Below, piece by piece: positions 1 through 9,383 of a stretch of DNA of 27,615 nucleotides. Within the stretch, counting starts at the first letter, position 1. Every line of letters begins with the position of its first letter. The notes beneath the pieces were generated by a model. That model saw only the letters and a program-made list of their open reading frames with translations, was not told the DNA's origin and did no database searches. The position numbers were made by a program, and so were the translations under genes. The stretch is from NCBI GenBank assembly GCA_049424145.1, contig JBMSSC010000023.1, forward strand, positions 1-27,615. The letters run 5' to 3'. The DNA comes from Bdellovibrionia bacterium (GTDB lineage: Bacteria > Bdellovibrionota > UBA1018).

Positions 1-680
1 TTCCTGAGTGATCCGTGAAGGCTTGTTATGGGGCTGGGGGACTCCGATCCGGTGAATGATTCGGATTCCGTCAGGATTTGGCGTGCGGCATCGAGGGGGA
101 ACCCTTGTTGATCCCTGATTTTCGCTTTCAGGTAGCCGACTTTAGTCCGGTTCAAAGCGTCCATGACGCTTGGGTCAATTTTGGCAAGCGCTTGATTGGC
201 CTCGTCCCAGTGCTGCAAGGCGAGTTGGGCTGTGGCTAGGTTGAGGTAAATGTAGTGATGGTGATGGGCGCTCTCAGGAGAGTCTTCTAGGAGAGATCCT
301 CTTTTTTCGTGCGTCTCTAAGGCTTTTTCAAATCGGCGAGCAGCGGCCTCAGGCTTTTTTCGATCCAATAGAATCAGACCTCGGAGGTTTTCAACCGAAG
401 GCACAAAAGCACTTTTGGGGTAATGCTTTAAAAAAAATACGGCCCGCGACTCGGTGGAGTCCAAAAGGCCCTTTCGATAAAGCGCTTCTAACTCCTGATA
501 GGCGTGAGCATCCGAGTTGACGTCAAAACGACCTTTGCCCGTTTGATTGGACCCGTTTAAGGCTCCCCCGGTGGGGAGACTGGCACAGCTTGAGGCCCCC
601 ATCAGTAAGACGACCAGTGAGCACGAATGAGAAAAACTGCCTTTGACGCCGTTTTTAAAAGTCCCTTTGAATTTAGCCAA
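1..680 (-). CDS. TPR-containing lipoprotein, N-terminal part (runs off the left edge); possibly LpoA/LppC-like
   Basis: Not in the ORF track; translated by hand. TTG at 680 overlaps the dnaJ stop and is the first possible start after an in-frame TGA. Reads [32 protein letters not shown] (lipobox-like ASSC), then TPR-like helices ([59 protein letters not shown]). Open to base 1. The LpoA-like assignment is a guess. Confidence 0.75.
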   Translation of the reverse strand, partial: MAKFKGTFKNGVKGSFSHSCSLVVLLMGASSCASLPTGGALNGSNQTGKGRFDVNSDAHAYQELEALYRKGLLDSTESRAVFFLKHYPKSAFVPSVENLRGLILLDRKKPEAAARRFEKALETHEKRGSLLEDSPESAHHHHYIYLNLATAQLALQHWDEANQALAKIDPSVMDALNRTKVGYLKAKIRDQQGFPLDAARQILTESESFTGSESPSPITSLHGSLR

Positions 681-1830
681 AAATGTTTTTCACTTTCTCA
701 AAAAAAACACGATGCATGGGGTGTGATGACTCATTCTCATGCAGCTCCGAGAACTTCTTTAACAGATCCCTCTGCTCCGATGAGAGCTTGGTCGGAACCT
801 CTACAATAATTCTCACAAGTTGGTCACCTCGTCCATAGGAGCCTAATTTTGCCAGACCTTTATTTTTGAGCCGAAGAATTCGGTGAGATTGGGTTCCGGG
901 TGGGATCTTAAGCTTCACTTTTCCCTCCAGCGTGGGGACTTCAATCTCCTCCCCTAACGCGGCATGAGTGAACGTGATGGGCACTTCGCAAATGATGTCC
1001 GCTTCATCCCGTGTGAAAAAGTCATGGGGTAAGACGTTGATGACGACGTAAAGATCCCCGGGAGGACCTCCTCGCTCACCGGCTTCTCCTTCTCGGGATA
1101 ACTTGAGTCGCTGTCCTGTATCCACTCCCGGTGGAATTTTAACAGCAATTTGAGATCTCTTTTTGGTTGTTCCTGAGCCCTGGCAACTTCCGCACGGATT
1201 GGGAATGACTTGTCCCATCCCATTACACCGGGGGCAGGGACGCGTGATGGCAAAGACCCCTTGTTGGAAGCTCACCTCACCTCGTCCTCCGCACTGTCCA
1301 CAGTTCTCAGGCTGAGTGCCTGCTTTGGCTCCTGAGCCCTCGCATGTCTCGCAGCGAACCGTCTTCGGAACGGTAATGATCTTCTCCGCTCCAAAAGCCG
1401 CCTCTTCGAAGGTGATATCCAGTGTGGTTCTTAAATCCTCACCCGGCCGGCCCCCTGCCCTGCGTCTTCCGCCTCGAGCACGAGAACCGCCTCCTCCGGC
1501 GGATGCTCCAAAGAGATCCCCAAAGATATCTCCGAAAATATCGTTGATCGAAGCCCCGCCAAACCCTTGGAAGTCAAAGCCTCCTGGACCTCCCGGGCCT
1601 GCTCCCGCCGCCGCATGACCAAACTGGTCGTACATTTGGCGCTTCTGAGCATCCGAGAGGACTTCATAGGCTTCGGAGAGCTCTTTAAACTGCTCCTCGG
1701 CTTTTTTATCGCCGGGATTTTTATCCGGGTGAAATTGGATCGCAAGCTTTCGATACGCTTTTTTAATCTCCTCAGGCGAAGCACTCCGTGCCAGACCAAG
1801 AACCTCATAATAATCTCGTTTATTGGCCAT
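673..1830 (-). CDS. dnaJ: Chaperone DnaJ
   Basis: J-domain with HPD (FHPDKNPG), G/F-rich region, four CxxCxGxG repeats ([32 protein letters not shown]), C-terminal domain; directly downstream of dnaK. Confidence 0.99.
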   Translation of the reverse strand: MANKRDYYEVLGLARSASPEEIKKAYRKLAIQFHPDKNPGDKKAEEQFKELSEAYEVLSDAQKRQMYDQFGHAAAGAGPGGPGGFDFQGFGGASINDIFGDIFGDLFGASAGGGGSRARGGRRRAGGRPGEDLRTTLDITFEEAAFGAEKIITVPKTVRCETCEGSGAKAGTQPENCGQCGGRGEVSFQQGVFAITRPCPRCNGMGQVIPNPCGSCQGSGTTKKRSQIAVKIPPGVDTGQRLKLSREGEAGERGGPPGDLYVVINVLPHDFFTRDEADIICEVPITFTHAALGEEIEVPTLEGKVKLKIPPGTQSHRILRLKNKGLAKLGSYGRGDQLVRIIVEVPTKLSSEQRDLLKKFSELHENESSHPMHRVFFEKVKNIFG

Positions 1831-1906
1831 ACCTATTTATGCCTCGCTCTTTAGATGACGATCCAATTCAGCCCGCACTTGGGCACGGAGTGTTTCTACT
1901 GGGTTA

Positions 1907-1926
1907 CTGATTTGATCTCAAATCAG
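1907..1926. other. Perfect inverted repeat (stem-loop) between dnaK and dnaJ
   Basis: CTGATTTGA-tc-TCAAATCAG with 9-bp arms, 8 nt past the dnaK stop. No U-tract on the minus strand. Confidence 0.5.
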
Positions 1927-1934
1927 CGGAAGAA

Positions 1935-3866
1935 TCAAATTTCTTTGTAATCCGCGTCAATGACATCGTCCGATTTTTTCTCGGTCTTCTCGGCAGTGCT
2001 CCCAGCGTGTGCTGAGGCATGAGCCTGATCAGCTCCCGGTTGTTGAGCCGCAGAAGCACCTGCGGATTGATACATCTGCTCGGCCATCTGATTGGAAACC
2101 GACGTGAGATGCTCGGTTGCCTTTTTGATGGCTTCCTCATCTTGGCTCTCTAAGTGCTTGCGAGCTTCCACCAGGGCCTCTTCCACTTGCTTCTTGGTGT
2201 CAGCCTGGATTTTCTCACCATTTTCTTTAACGGTCTTTTCAATAGTGTAGATCAATCCATCTAAGGTGTTTCGCGCATTCACTAAAGCCTTTCGCTTCTC
2301 ATCTTCTTCGCGATGGGCTTCGGCTTCTTTTTGCATCTTTTTGATCTCTTCTTCAGATAAACCCCCTGAAGCCGTGATCTTAATGGATTGCTCCTTGCCC
2401 GTGCCTAAGTCTTTTGCGCCCACATGGACAATCCCGTTGGCATCAATGTCAAAAGTCACTTCAATCTGAGGAACCCCTCTGGGAGCAGGAGGAATTCCCA
2501 CTAAGTCAAATCGACCTAAAGACTTATTGTGCTCAGCAAATTCACGCTCCCCTTGAAGAACGTGAATGGTGACGGCGGATTGATTGTCTCCAGCTGTGGA
2601 GAAGACTTGGGATTTTTTCGAAGGAATGGTTGTATTCTTCTCAATGAGCTTGGTGAATACGCCACCTAAGGTTTCAATCCCTAAGGACAAAGGAGTGACA
2701 TCCAAAAGCAGTACGTCTTTTACGTCACCTTTGAGCACGCCCCCTTGAATGGCAGCTCCCACGGCAACCACTTCATCTGGGTTCACCCCTTTGTGGGGCT
2801 CTTTTCCAAAGATCTCCTTCACTTTTTGCTGCACGCGAGGCATACGCGTCATCCCACCTACGAGAATGACTTCGTCGATCTTACTTTTTGGGACTCCCGA
2901 GTCTTTAATGCAGGTTTCACAAGGGGCCACAAGTTTTTCAATTAAATCAGAGACTAACGCTTCGAGCTTGGCTCGGCTGAGTTTCACATTTAAGTGCTTC
3001 GGTCCAGAAGCATCAGCCGTCACAAACGGAAGGTTAATGTCCGTTTCCGTTGAGCTGGAGAGTTCATGTTTGGCTTTTTCTGCTGCTTCTTTTAAGCGCT
3101 GCAACGCCATCTTGTCTTTTCGTAGGTCAATGCCGTTTTCTTTCTTAAATTCCTCGGCCAGCCAGTCGATGATTCTTTGGTCAAAGTTTCCTCCGCCTAA
3201 GAACGTATCTCCATTGGTGGCTTTCACTTCAAAAACGCCATCGCCTAACTCGAGGATGGAGATATCAAAGGTTCCGCCCCCTAAGTCAAACACGGCCACC
3301 GTGTGATCTTTGCCTTTTTTATCTAATCCATAGGCCAAAGCGGCAGAGGTGGGCTCATTGATGATGCGCTTGACATCTAAGCCTGCAATTCGGCCTGCGT
3401 CTTTGGTCGCTTGACGTTGAGCATCGTTGAAATAAGCAGGCACGGTCACCACAGCTTCCGTCACAGGCTCACCCAAGTAATCCTCGGCCGTCTTTTTCAT
3501 CTTCTGAAGCACGAGAGCTGAAATCTCTTGTGGTGAGTAGTCCCGATCGCCCACTCGAATCCAAGCATCGCCATTTTTGGCTTCTACAATTTTAAAAGGG
3601 GTTACTTTGGCGAATTCTTGCACTTCTTTTGAAGTGAACTTTCTTCCAATTAAGCGCTTGGCTTCAAAGATCGTTTTTTCAGGATTGGTGATGGCTTGCC
3701 GTTTAGCAGCTTGACCGACCAGCTTTTCTCCCGATGCAACAAAGGCAGCGATGGAGGGTGTAGTATTTCCTCCTTCGGAGTTTGCAATGACTTTAGGCTC
3801 GCCTCCTTCTAATACAGAGACGCACGAGTTGGTCGTTCCTAAATCAATTCCAATTATTTTACCCAT
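1935..3866 (-). CDS. dnaK: Chaperone DnaK (Hsp70)
   Basis: [60 protein letters not shown], acidic DDVIDADY tail; SD-like GAGG upstream. Confidence 0.99.
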   Translation of the reverse strand: MGKIIGIDLGTTNSCVSVLEGGEPKVIANSEGGNTTPSIAAFVASGEKLVGQAAKRQAITNPEKTIFEAKRLIGRKFTSKEVQEFAKVTPFKIVEAKNGDAWIRVGDRDYSPQEISALVLQKMKKTAEDYLGEPVTEAVVTVPAYFNDAQRQATKDAGRIAGLDVKRIINEPTSAALAYGLDKKGKDHTVAVFDLGGGTFDISILELGDGVFEVKATNGDTFLGGGNFDQRIIDWLAEEFKKENGIDLRKDKMALQRLKEAAEKAKHELSSSTETDINLPFVTADASGPKHLNVKLSRAKLEALVSDLIEKLVAPCETCIKDSGVPKSKIDEVILVGGMTRMPRVQQKVKEIFGKEPHKGVNPDEVVAVGAAIQGGVLKGDVKDVLLLDVTPLSLGIETLGGVFTKLIEKNTTIPSKKSQVFSTAGDNQSAVTIHVLQGEREFAEHNKSLGRFDLVGIPPAPRGVPQIEVTFDIDANGIVHVGAKDLGTGKEQSIKITASGGLSEEEIKKMQKEAEAHREEDEKRKALVNARNTLDGLIYTIEKTVKENGEKIQADTKKQVEEALVEARKHLESQDEEAIKKATEHLTSVSNQMAEQMYQSAGASAAQQPGADQAHASAHAGSTAEKTEKKSDDVIDADYKEI

Positions 3867-3933
3867 GGGTTCCTCACCTTTCTTGTTTTAAAATCTCAAT
3901 CAGAAGTGTTCGTTCTTTTTTCTTATACTGGTT

Positions 3934-3967
3934 AAAATGGGCCTGATTTCTCAGTCGTCAATTCAAG
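3934..3967 (-). promoter_or_regulatory. Putative sigma32-type promoter for dnaK
   Basis: Minus strand reads CTTGAA-TTGACG-actgagaaatcag-GCCCATTTT, resembling the sigma32 consensus CTTGAAA-N13..17-CCCCATnT. Which -35 is used is ambiguous. Confidence 0.45.
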
Positions 3968-4048
3968 CGGAGTTAGATTTTTTACTCATCTTGGAAAGTT
4001 GTGATTTTTCCCAAGCTTAAGTCTTCTGCTTCAATGGACTGAGGTTTC

Positions 4049-4654
4049 TTAAGCGCCGCTCTGAGGTCCTAGGCTTAAGATGACTCGAGAGGGTCGCAGC
4101 AATCGGCCGTGGAGCGTGTAACCTTTGGAAAGTTCTTTTAAAACTGTTCCTCCAGGCTGCGGGGAGGGCTCCTGACCCACTGCTTCGTGAAGGTTGGGAT
4201 CAAATTCCTTTCCCTGACAGTCAATTCCTTGAACGCCGTTTTTTTGAAGCGCCGATTGAAATTGTTCAAAAACCAATCGAATCCCGCTGGACCAAGTGGA
4301 ATCAGCGGTGGGAGGCAGGTGCGAGATGGCAAGCTCCAGATTATCGGCAGTCTGAAGGAGTTCTTTGGCCACCGATTCCCAGCCAAACTTCAGTAAGTCC
4401 GAGCGCTCCTTCTGAGCGCGTTTTTTAAAGTTTTCAAACTCAGCGTAAAGATAAACATATTTTGAGTCTTTTTCTTTAATCTGGGACTCAAGCGAAGCTA
4501 GCTTTTGTTCCCAATTCTCGGTTGGCCCGGATGCTGCGGCCGACGGTTTTCCTCCAGACGCAGGGGCTTCTCCTCCCTGAAGAGAAGAGGTCTCCGGGGA
4601 GTTCCCCTGGGTTGCTTGCTGGGCTGCTCGATTTGCTTCACTTGATTCAATCAC
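4049..4654 (-). CDS. grpE: Nucleotide exchange factor GrpE
   Basis: YLYAEFENFKKR, DNLELA, FDPNLHEAV, KGYTLHGRLLRPSRVI. Start moved from 4711 to GTG at 4654, which has GGAGGA 7 nt upstream. Confidence 0.96.
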   Translation of the reverse strand: MIESSEANRAAQQATQGNSPETSSLQGGEAPASGGKPSAAASGPTENWEQKLASLESQIKEKDSKYVYLYAEFENFKKRAQKERSDLLKFGWESVAKELLQTADNLELAISHLPPTADSTWSSGIRLVFEQFQSALQKNGVQGIDCQGKEFDPNLHEAVGQEPSPQPGGTVLKELSKGYTLHGRLLRPSRVILSLGPQSGA

Positions 4655-4667
4655 TCCAAAATCCTCC

Positions 4668-4697
4668 AGATGGGGAGAATGTGAGCATGAAATCAAG
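4668..4697 (-). promoter_or_regulatory. Putative sigma32-type promoter for grpE
   Basis: Minus strand CTTGATT (4697-4691), 15-nt spacer, CCCCATCT (4675-4668): a close match to the sigma32 consensus, directly upstream of a heat-shock gene. Confidence 0.65.
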
Positions 4698-4741
4698 AAA
4701 GTCAAACTCACCGGGCAATTTAATTTCCCTCGGCTTGAGCT

Positions 4742-5851
4742 CTAAGTCAGCACTTGAAGAATTTGATCAGACAGAGCAAAGCCCTTGGCCGTGAGCCGGA
4801 GCCTCTCAGGGAGGTTGGGGTGTTGCTCGATGAGCCCTTCATGGGTGAGGCGTAGGGCCTTTTGTTTTTGGCTTTCGGTCGATAACCAAGTTTTAGGAAA
4901 TCCCGTGCTCAAACGCACTTTGAGCATCCACTGCTCAAGGCGAATCTGCTCGGTGGTGAGGGTTTCTTTGGATTCAATCGGTGAGAGTCCTTGGTTGAGA
5001 AGGGAGGCATACCGATGCAGGGAAGAAACGTTTTTCCAACGAATCTGTTGTTTTGCGTCATAGGAGTGAGCCGATGGACCTAGCCCGAGGTAGGATGATC
5101 CGTTCCAGTAGTGGAGGTTATGAACGGCCTGCTTGCCGGGTTTGGCAAAATTGGAGATCTCGTAGTGCTCAAAGCCGTGCGCCGTCATCCAATCGTGCAC
5201 CACGAGTAGGTGCTGGAGCTGAGTTTCTTCGCAGGGAAGCTGAGGGAAAAGGGCGTGGTGCTTGGGGAGGGTGAGCAGGTAGCAGCTCAGGTGAGTGATG
5301 GGAAACGCGGTCAGTTGAGTAAGTGCTTGGATGACATCCTGCTCGGATTGACCGGGGACCCCACACAGCAGGTCCACGGAGACGTTGGTAAAGCCTGCTT
5401 TAAAAATGGCTTCCAAAGCGCCGAGGGCCGCTTGTTGGGAGTGAACGCGCCCTAAGAGCTCAAGTAAGTCGGGTCTCATGGCTTGAACGCCTAAGCTGAT
5501 TCGATTGATCCCGAGGGCTCGGTATTCGCTCAGCGACTGAGGATTAACGGAAGAGGGGTTGGCCTCCATGGTCCACTCGGTTTCAGGGGTGAGCTGAAAC
5601 GTCTTCCAGAGGGGCTCTAAGGCTTTGGCCATCGACTCAGGCGGCGTCATGGAGGGAGTGCCCCCGCCTAAAAAAATTGAGCTCAGCTGGGAGGGGGAGT
5701 GGGTTGTTGCGATGGACTCTGCCTCTTTCCTTAAGGCAGCTTCAAATTGGCTTTCGTCTCCAGGACGAGTTCGCTCTTTTCCTAGGGAGTAAAAATCACA
5801 ATAGTGGCACTTGGATTCACAAAACGGGAAGTGGACGTAAATGGATTGCAT
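4742..5851 (-). CDS. hemW: Radical SAM heme chaperone HemW (HemN-like)
   Basis: YVHFPFCESKCHYCDF (CxxxCxxC), GGGTPS, EANP, YEISNFA, and the HemW-type HNxxYW motif (HNLHYW). Usual position upstream of grpE-dnaK. Confidence 0.93.
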   Translation of the reverse strand: MQSIYVHFPFCESKCHYCDFYSLGKERTRPGDESQFEAALRKEAESIATTHSPSQLSSIFLGGGTPSMTPPESMAKALEPLWKTFQLTPETEWTMEANPSSVNPQSLSEYRALGINRISLGVQAMRPDLLELLGRVHSQQAALGALEAIFKAGFTNVSVDLLCGVPGQSEQDVIQALTQLTAFPITHLSCYLLTLPKHHALFPQLPCEETQLQHLLVVHDWMTAHGFEHYEISNFAKPGKQAVHNLHYWNGSSYLGLGPSAHSYDAKQQIRWKNVSSLHRYASLLNQGLSPIESKETLTTEQIRLEQWMLKVRLSTGFPKTWLSTESQKQKALRLTHEGLIEQHPNLPERLRLTAKGFALSDQILQVLT

Positions 5852-5879
5852 GGAAAAACTCGGAGTTCATTTTAAAGTC

Positions 5880-5914
5880 AGAGCCCCTCCCTTTTTTTTC
5901 AAAGGAGGGGCTCT
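5880..5914 (-). terminator. Strong hairpin after the RRM gene, probable terminator
   Basis: AGAGCCCCTCC (5880-5890) / GGAGGGGCTCT (5904-5914), perfect 11-bp arms. Followed on the minus strand only by GACTTT, a weak U-tract. Confidence 0.55.
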
Positions 5915-5940
5915 TAAAAAGGGTCATTCGGGCTAGGGTT

Positions 5941-6300
5941 TTAGGACCTTCGGGAGCGATCAAATCCCCCTCGTCCTCCGCGGTTGCCGCCGCGACCGCC
6001 GAAGCCTTCGCCGCGGCCCGATGATGGGTGACGAGGACCATGATCGCGCGATTCCTCACGTGCCTCATTCACAGTTAACGGGCGCCCCATGAAGTCATGA
6101 CCGTGGAGGGCTTCAATGGCTTTCTGGGCGTCCTCGGCCGTGGCCATTTCAACAAAACCAAAGCCACGGGAGCGTCCGGTGATTTTATCGCTTAAGATTC
6201 GAACGGAGGTGACTTGGCGTCCATCGGCCGCAAATAAGGCTTGCAGTTGTCCTTCTTCTGCTGAAAACGGTAAATTTCCTACGTAGAGCTTTTTATTCAT
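5941..6300 (-). CDS. RRM (RNP-1) RNA-binding protein with Gly/Arg-rich tail
   Basis: RNP2 LYVGNL, RNP1 RGFGFVEM, GRPLTVNEA, C-terminal RGG repeats. Start moved to ATG 6300, which has AAAGGAG upstream. Confidence 0.96.
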   Translation of the reverse strand: MNKKLYVGNLPFSAEEGQLQALFAADGRQVTSVRILSDKITGRSRGFGFVEMATAEDAQKAIEALHGHDFMGRPLTVNEAREESRDHGPRHPSSGRGEGFGGRGGNRGGRGGFDRSRRS

Positions 6301-6450
6301 AACAAAACGACTCCTTTCGTCAGTCGTGTGGATCACGCACTGCTGCAGTGGATCCGATTGATTTCAAGAGGTTTTGGGAGCGCGATCGGAAACCGAGGAC
6401 AACGGATCGAGTACTGGCCGAGGCGAGCTAACAAACCACAGACACTTTAA

Positions 6451-6480
6451 ATAATATCTCAGGTGCATTTTTCTTGTCTA
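6451..6480 (-). promoter_or_regulatory. Putative sigma70 promoter for the RRM gene
   Basis: TAGACA-N18-TATTAT on the minus strand, implying a 5' leader of about 145 nt. Confidence 0.45.
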
Positions 6481-6570
6481 GTGAATAGGCAGAAGCCTTT
6501 CTATTCTTAAAGTTCCCTGGTAAAGTCCTCCGTTTGTTGCAGTTTTCAAACCAGTCCGCATTTAACCCAA

Positions 6571-9315
6571 GTGATGGAAATCATGATGCCAAAATTCAAC
6601 CAGCCTGAAGTCATCGAACTCTCTAATGGAATTCCAGTGGTGTTGCAGCACTATGACGGCCCTGTGGCCTCGGTGTACTGGTGGATTCGCGTGGGGAGCT
6701 CCTCGGAGTCCAAACCTGAGGCAGGATTTGCTCACTTTCTTGAGCACATGTTGTTTAAAGACGCGGCAGCAAAAGAAAGCGGCCGAGCGTCCACAGGGCA
6801 ATTAGCTCGTTTAATTGAATCATTGGGGGGGGAAATCAATGCCTACACCTCGTTTGATCAGACCGTGTACCACGTCACCTGTGCTGCCCGGCATTGGGAA
6901 GAAGTGTTAGACGCCTTTGGTACCATGGCCAAGCCTCAGAAGTTCCTTCGGGATGATTTCAATCGAGAACGAGAAGTGATTTTAGAAGAAGTCCGAAAAA
7001 ATGAGGATTCTCCCAGCAGGCAACTGTTTCAAAAGCTCTTCTCCAGCACCTTTGGGTCGCATCCCTATGGAAGACCAGTCATTGGCTTTGTTCCCACCTT
7101 AAAATCGGCTCGGTTAAAGGAGTTGGAACGATTTTATCAAAGAAACTATGTGTCAGACCAAATGGGGGTGATTCTAGTGGGCCCTCTGTCTGAGGGGCCA
7201 ACCGGTGCTTCGGGGGATCGAAAAAAGAAGATTTTAAAAATCGTTGAAAAACGCTTTGGGAAACGCACCATTCCAAAAAAGAAAGCCCCCGGGAATTTGC
7301 TCGAGAAAAGCCGAGCCCGATCCTCTTCAGCAGCGACGTGGAGTTTAAAGAGCTTCGATGTGAATTCCCCCTCTCTGGCTTTTTCTTTTCGTTTACCTGA
7401 GCTGGGTCATCCCGATTTGCCTGCGTTGGATCTGATTTCCAGTGTGCTGACCATGGGAGAGCTTTCTCGTCTCTATCAGCGTCTTTTTCATGAGACATCG
7501 CTTGCCACGGATGTTTCCGGTGGGGTGTATGCACTGAAAAAAGCAGGGATTTTTTATATCCATATGGAGTGTAGCTCGGTGGAGCGCTTAAATGAGCTCG
7601 CAAAAGAGGCTTTTGAAGTCATTGAAAAGCTCAAAACCGAAGGTCCAGGCCCCGAGGAAGTGGCGCGAGTCATTGCCAACATGGAAAGCGAACGCCTGTA
7701 TGCCACACAAACGGCCGATGGCATGGCCAGCCGACTGGGATTTTTAAAGTTCATCATGGGCGAGCTCGACTATGATCGCCAGTATCTTGAGCTCCTTCAC
7801 GAGTTAACCTCAGAGCAAGTTCGAGAAGTCGCTCGTCGCTACCTGACAGGCCAGAACCTCTCGGGCGTCGTTTTAGTGCCCCAGGCCCAAAGTCACTGGA
7901 GCTTGGCTGAGTTGGAAAAGACGACGGATCAATTTTTTAGTCCCGATCATCCTCAGCCCTTGAAAAAAAGAGCAACTCCAGGCTCACCGGAGTCTCGCCG
8001 AATTGCAAAGCAGGCCCTCAAGCAGCTTCAAAAAGCTCAAGCCTTAGAGCTTTCTCGGAAGCCCTACCGAGTGCAACTCAATTCCAAGATCGAGCTGCAA
8101 GTCTATGAGCGACCCGCATCCCATGTGTTTAGCATCCATGCCTGCACCTTAGGGGGGCTTAGGCTGGAGATTGCCAGTCCGCTGCAGACTGCGCAGTCGG
8201 ATTGGGGCGCAAGCTCCATGATGGCCTCCACTTGGGCGAAAGGTACTTCGCAGAAGAATGCCAAACAGATCTTAGCCATTACCGAAGGAAGGGCCGCTCA
8301 AGTCGATGGGTTCTCCGGTCGCAACAGTGTCGGGTTGCAGATGACGGGTTTAGGTAAGGACTGGGACGTTCTTTCTCCTTTGTTCACGGATATCCTTTTG
8401 GATCCGATTTTTCCGGAAGATGAAATTCTCCATGCCCGAAGAACCACTGAGGAAACCCTTCGCAGCATGAAGGATCATTCCTCGCAGTTGTGTTTAAAGA
8501 TGTTTTTAGAAACCCTCTTTGAACAGCACCCTTATGGTCGAATGACCTATGGCTCCTTAGAGAGCTTGCCGCAAATCACTCAACACAAGCTGCAGGGGTT
8601 TCATCAGCTCTGGGTGAGGCCTGAGCGTCTCGTCTTATCCGTGAGTGGTCCGATTCGCTTGAGTTCTGTGACTCAGTGGGCGGATGCCTTAGAGGAGCAA
8701 GCCTTGCGGCGTCAGACCCCATTGAATCATCCTCTCCCGGATCGTCTGCCTGATGAAGTGGAGCTGAAAGCCCCCCGTTGGGTGGAGCAAGCCGTCAAGC
8801 GTGAGCAAGCCCATCTGATTGTGGGAGGGTTAGGAACCCAAATGGGAAGTGAGCATCGCTGGGCCGTGCGGTTGCTTCAGACTTTATTGGGGGGACAAAG
8901 CGGGCGGCTGTTTATTGAGCTCCGTGAAAAAAGAAGTCTCGCCTACTCGGTGGCGCCTCTGGGCTCCGAGGGGATCGAGCGAGGCTACTTAGGCACTTAT
9001 TTGGCCTGCGCCCCTCACAAAAAAAAGGAAGCCTTAGAGGGGATTCAACGCGTGTATGAGCAATTAGCAGAACAAGGTCCCACCGCAAAAGAAGTGAGTC
9101 GGGCTCAGGAGTTTTACTTAGGTCGACGAGCGATGGACTTGCAAAGTGATCCCGCTTTGGCAGCTCATTTTGGTCTTGAGGCTTTGTATCGAGTTCAGGA
9201 TTTTTACGAAGATCAGGTGGCAGAGAAGGTTCGCGCCGTGACGGCTCGTGAGCTCAAAGAGGTTTGCCGGAAGTACTTTGTGGAGCCCCACTTAGTGACC
9301 AGTTGCGTGGGCTAG
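6571..9315 (+). CDS. M16 family (insulinase/pitrilysin-like) zinc metallopeptidase
   Basis: LSNGIPV, inverted zinc motif HFLEH, NAYTSFDQTVY, EREVILEE, HPYGRPVIG. The second half is an inactive M16 unit lacking HxxEH but carrying LREKRSLAY. The start could be one of the nearby ATGs. Confidence 0.95.
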   Translation: MMEIMMPKFNQPEVIELSNGIPVVLQHYDGPVASVYWWIRVGSSSESKPEAGFAHFLEHMLFKDAAAKESGRASTGQLARLIESLGGEINAYTSFDQTVYHVTCAARHWEEVLDAFGTMAKPQKFLRDDFNREREVILEEVRKNEDSPSRQLFQKLFSSTFGSHPYGRPVIGFVPTLKSARLKELERFYQRNYVSDQMGVILVGPLSEGPTGASGDRKKKILKIVEKRFGKRTIPKKKAPGNLLEKSRARSSSAATWSLKSFDVNSPSLAFSFRLPELGHPDLPALDLISSVLTMGELSRLYQRLFHETSLATDVSGGVYALKKAGIFYIHMECSSVERLNELAKEAFEVIEKLKTEGPGPEEVARVIANMESERLYATQTADGMASRLGFLKFIMGELDYDRQYLELLHELTSEQVREVARRYLTGQNLSGVVLVPQAQSHWSLAELEKTTDQFFSPDHPQPLKKRATPGSPESRRIAKQALKQLQKAQALELSRKPYRVQLNSKIELQVYERPASHVFSIHACTLGGLRLEIASPLQTAQSDWGASSMMASTWAKGTSQKNAKQILAITEGRAAQVDGFSGRNSVGLQMTGLGKDWDVLSPLFTDILLDPIFPEDEILHARRTTEETLRSMKDHSSQLCLKMFLETLFEQHPYGRMTYGSLESLPQITQHKLQGFHQLWVRPERLVLSVSGPIRLSSVTQWADALEEQALRRQTPLNHPLPDRLPDEVELKAPRWVEQAVKREQAHLIVGGLGTQMGSEHRWAVRLLQTLLGGQSGRLFIELREKRSLAYSVAPLGSEGIERGYLGTYLACAPHKKKEALEGIQRVYEQLAEQGPTAKEVSRAQEFYLGRRAMDLQSDPALAAHFGLEALYRVQDFYEDQVAEKVRAVTARELKEVCRKYFVEPHLVTSCVG

Positions 9316-9383
9316 CAGGGGGCGCCTGAGCTCAGCTTTCTTTCGGCCTCTTGCAGTTCATGAGGGTTAGGCCGAGGTCACTT

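Noticed and set aside
3867..4741. CIRCE element upstream of grpE or dnaK
   Set aside because: No TTAGCACTC-N9-GAGTGCTAA match seen; the nearest fragment (tcagcactt at the hemW end) has no partner arm.
627..5455. Many alternative-frame and antisense ORFs over dnaJ, dnaK, grpE and hemW (e.g. 2749..3306 +, 1431..1808 -)
   Set aside because: They lie within well-conserved genes, have no recognisable motifs, and are expected shadows of codon bias.
6313..6325. CTGACGA on the minus strand matching the hammerhead CUGANGA core
   Set aside because: No stem II or separate downstream GAAA/stem III arrangement; better explained as the SD hairpin.
6362..6368. Perfect sigma32 -35 (CTTGAAA) in the RRM leader
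   Set aside because: No CCCCAT-like -10 at 13-17 nt spacing.
9343..9375. TCGGCCT/AGGCCGA inverted repeat between the convergent peptidase and marC genes
   Set aside because: Large loop and no convincing U-tract on either strand; too weak to call a terminator.
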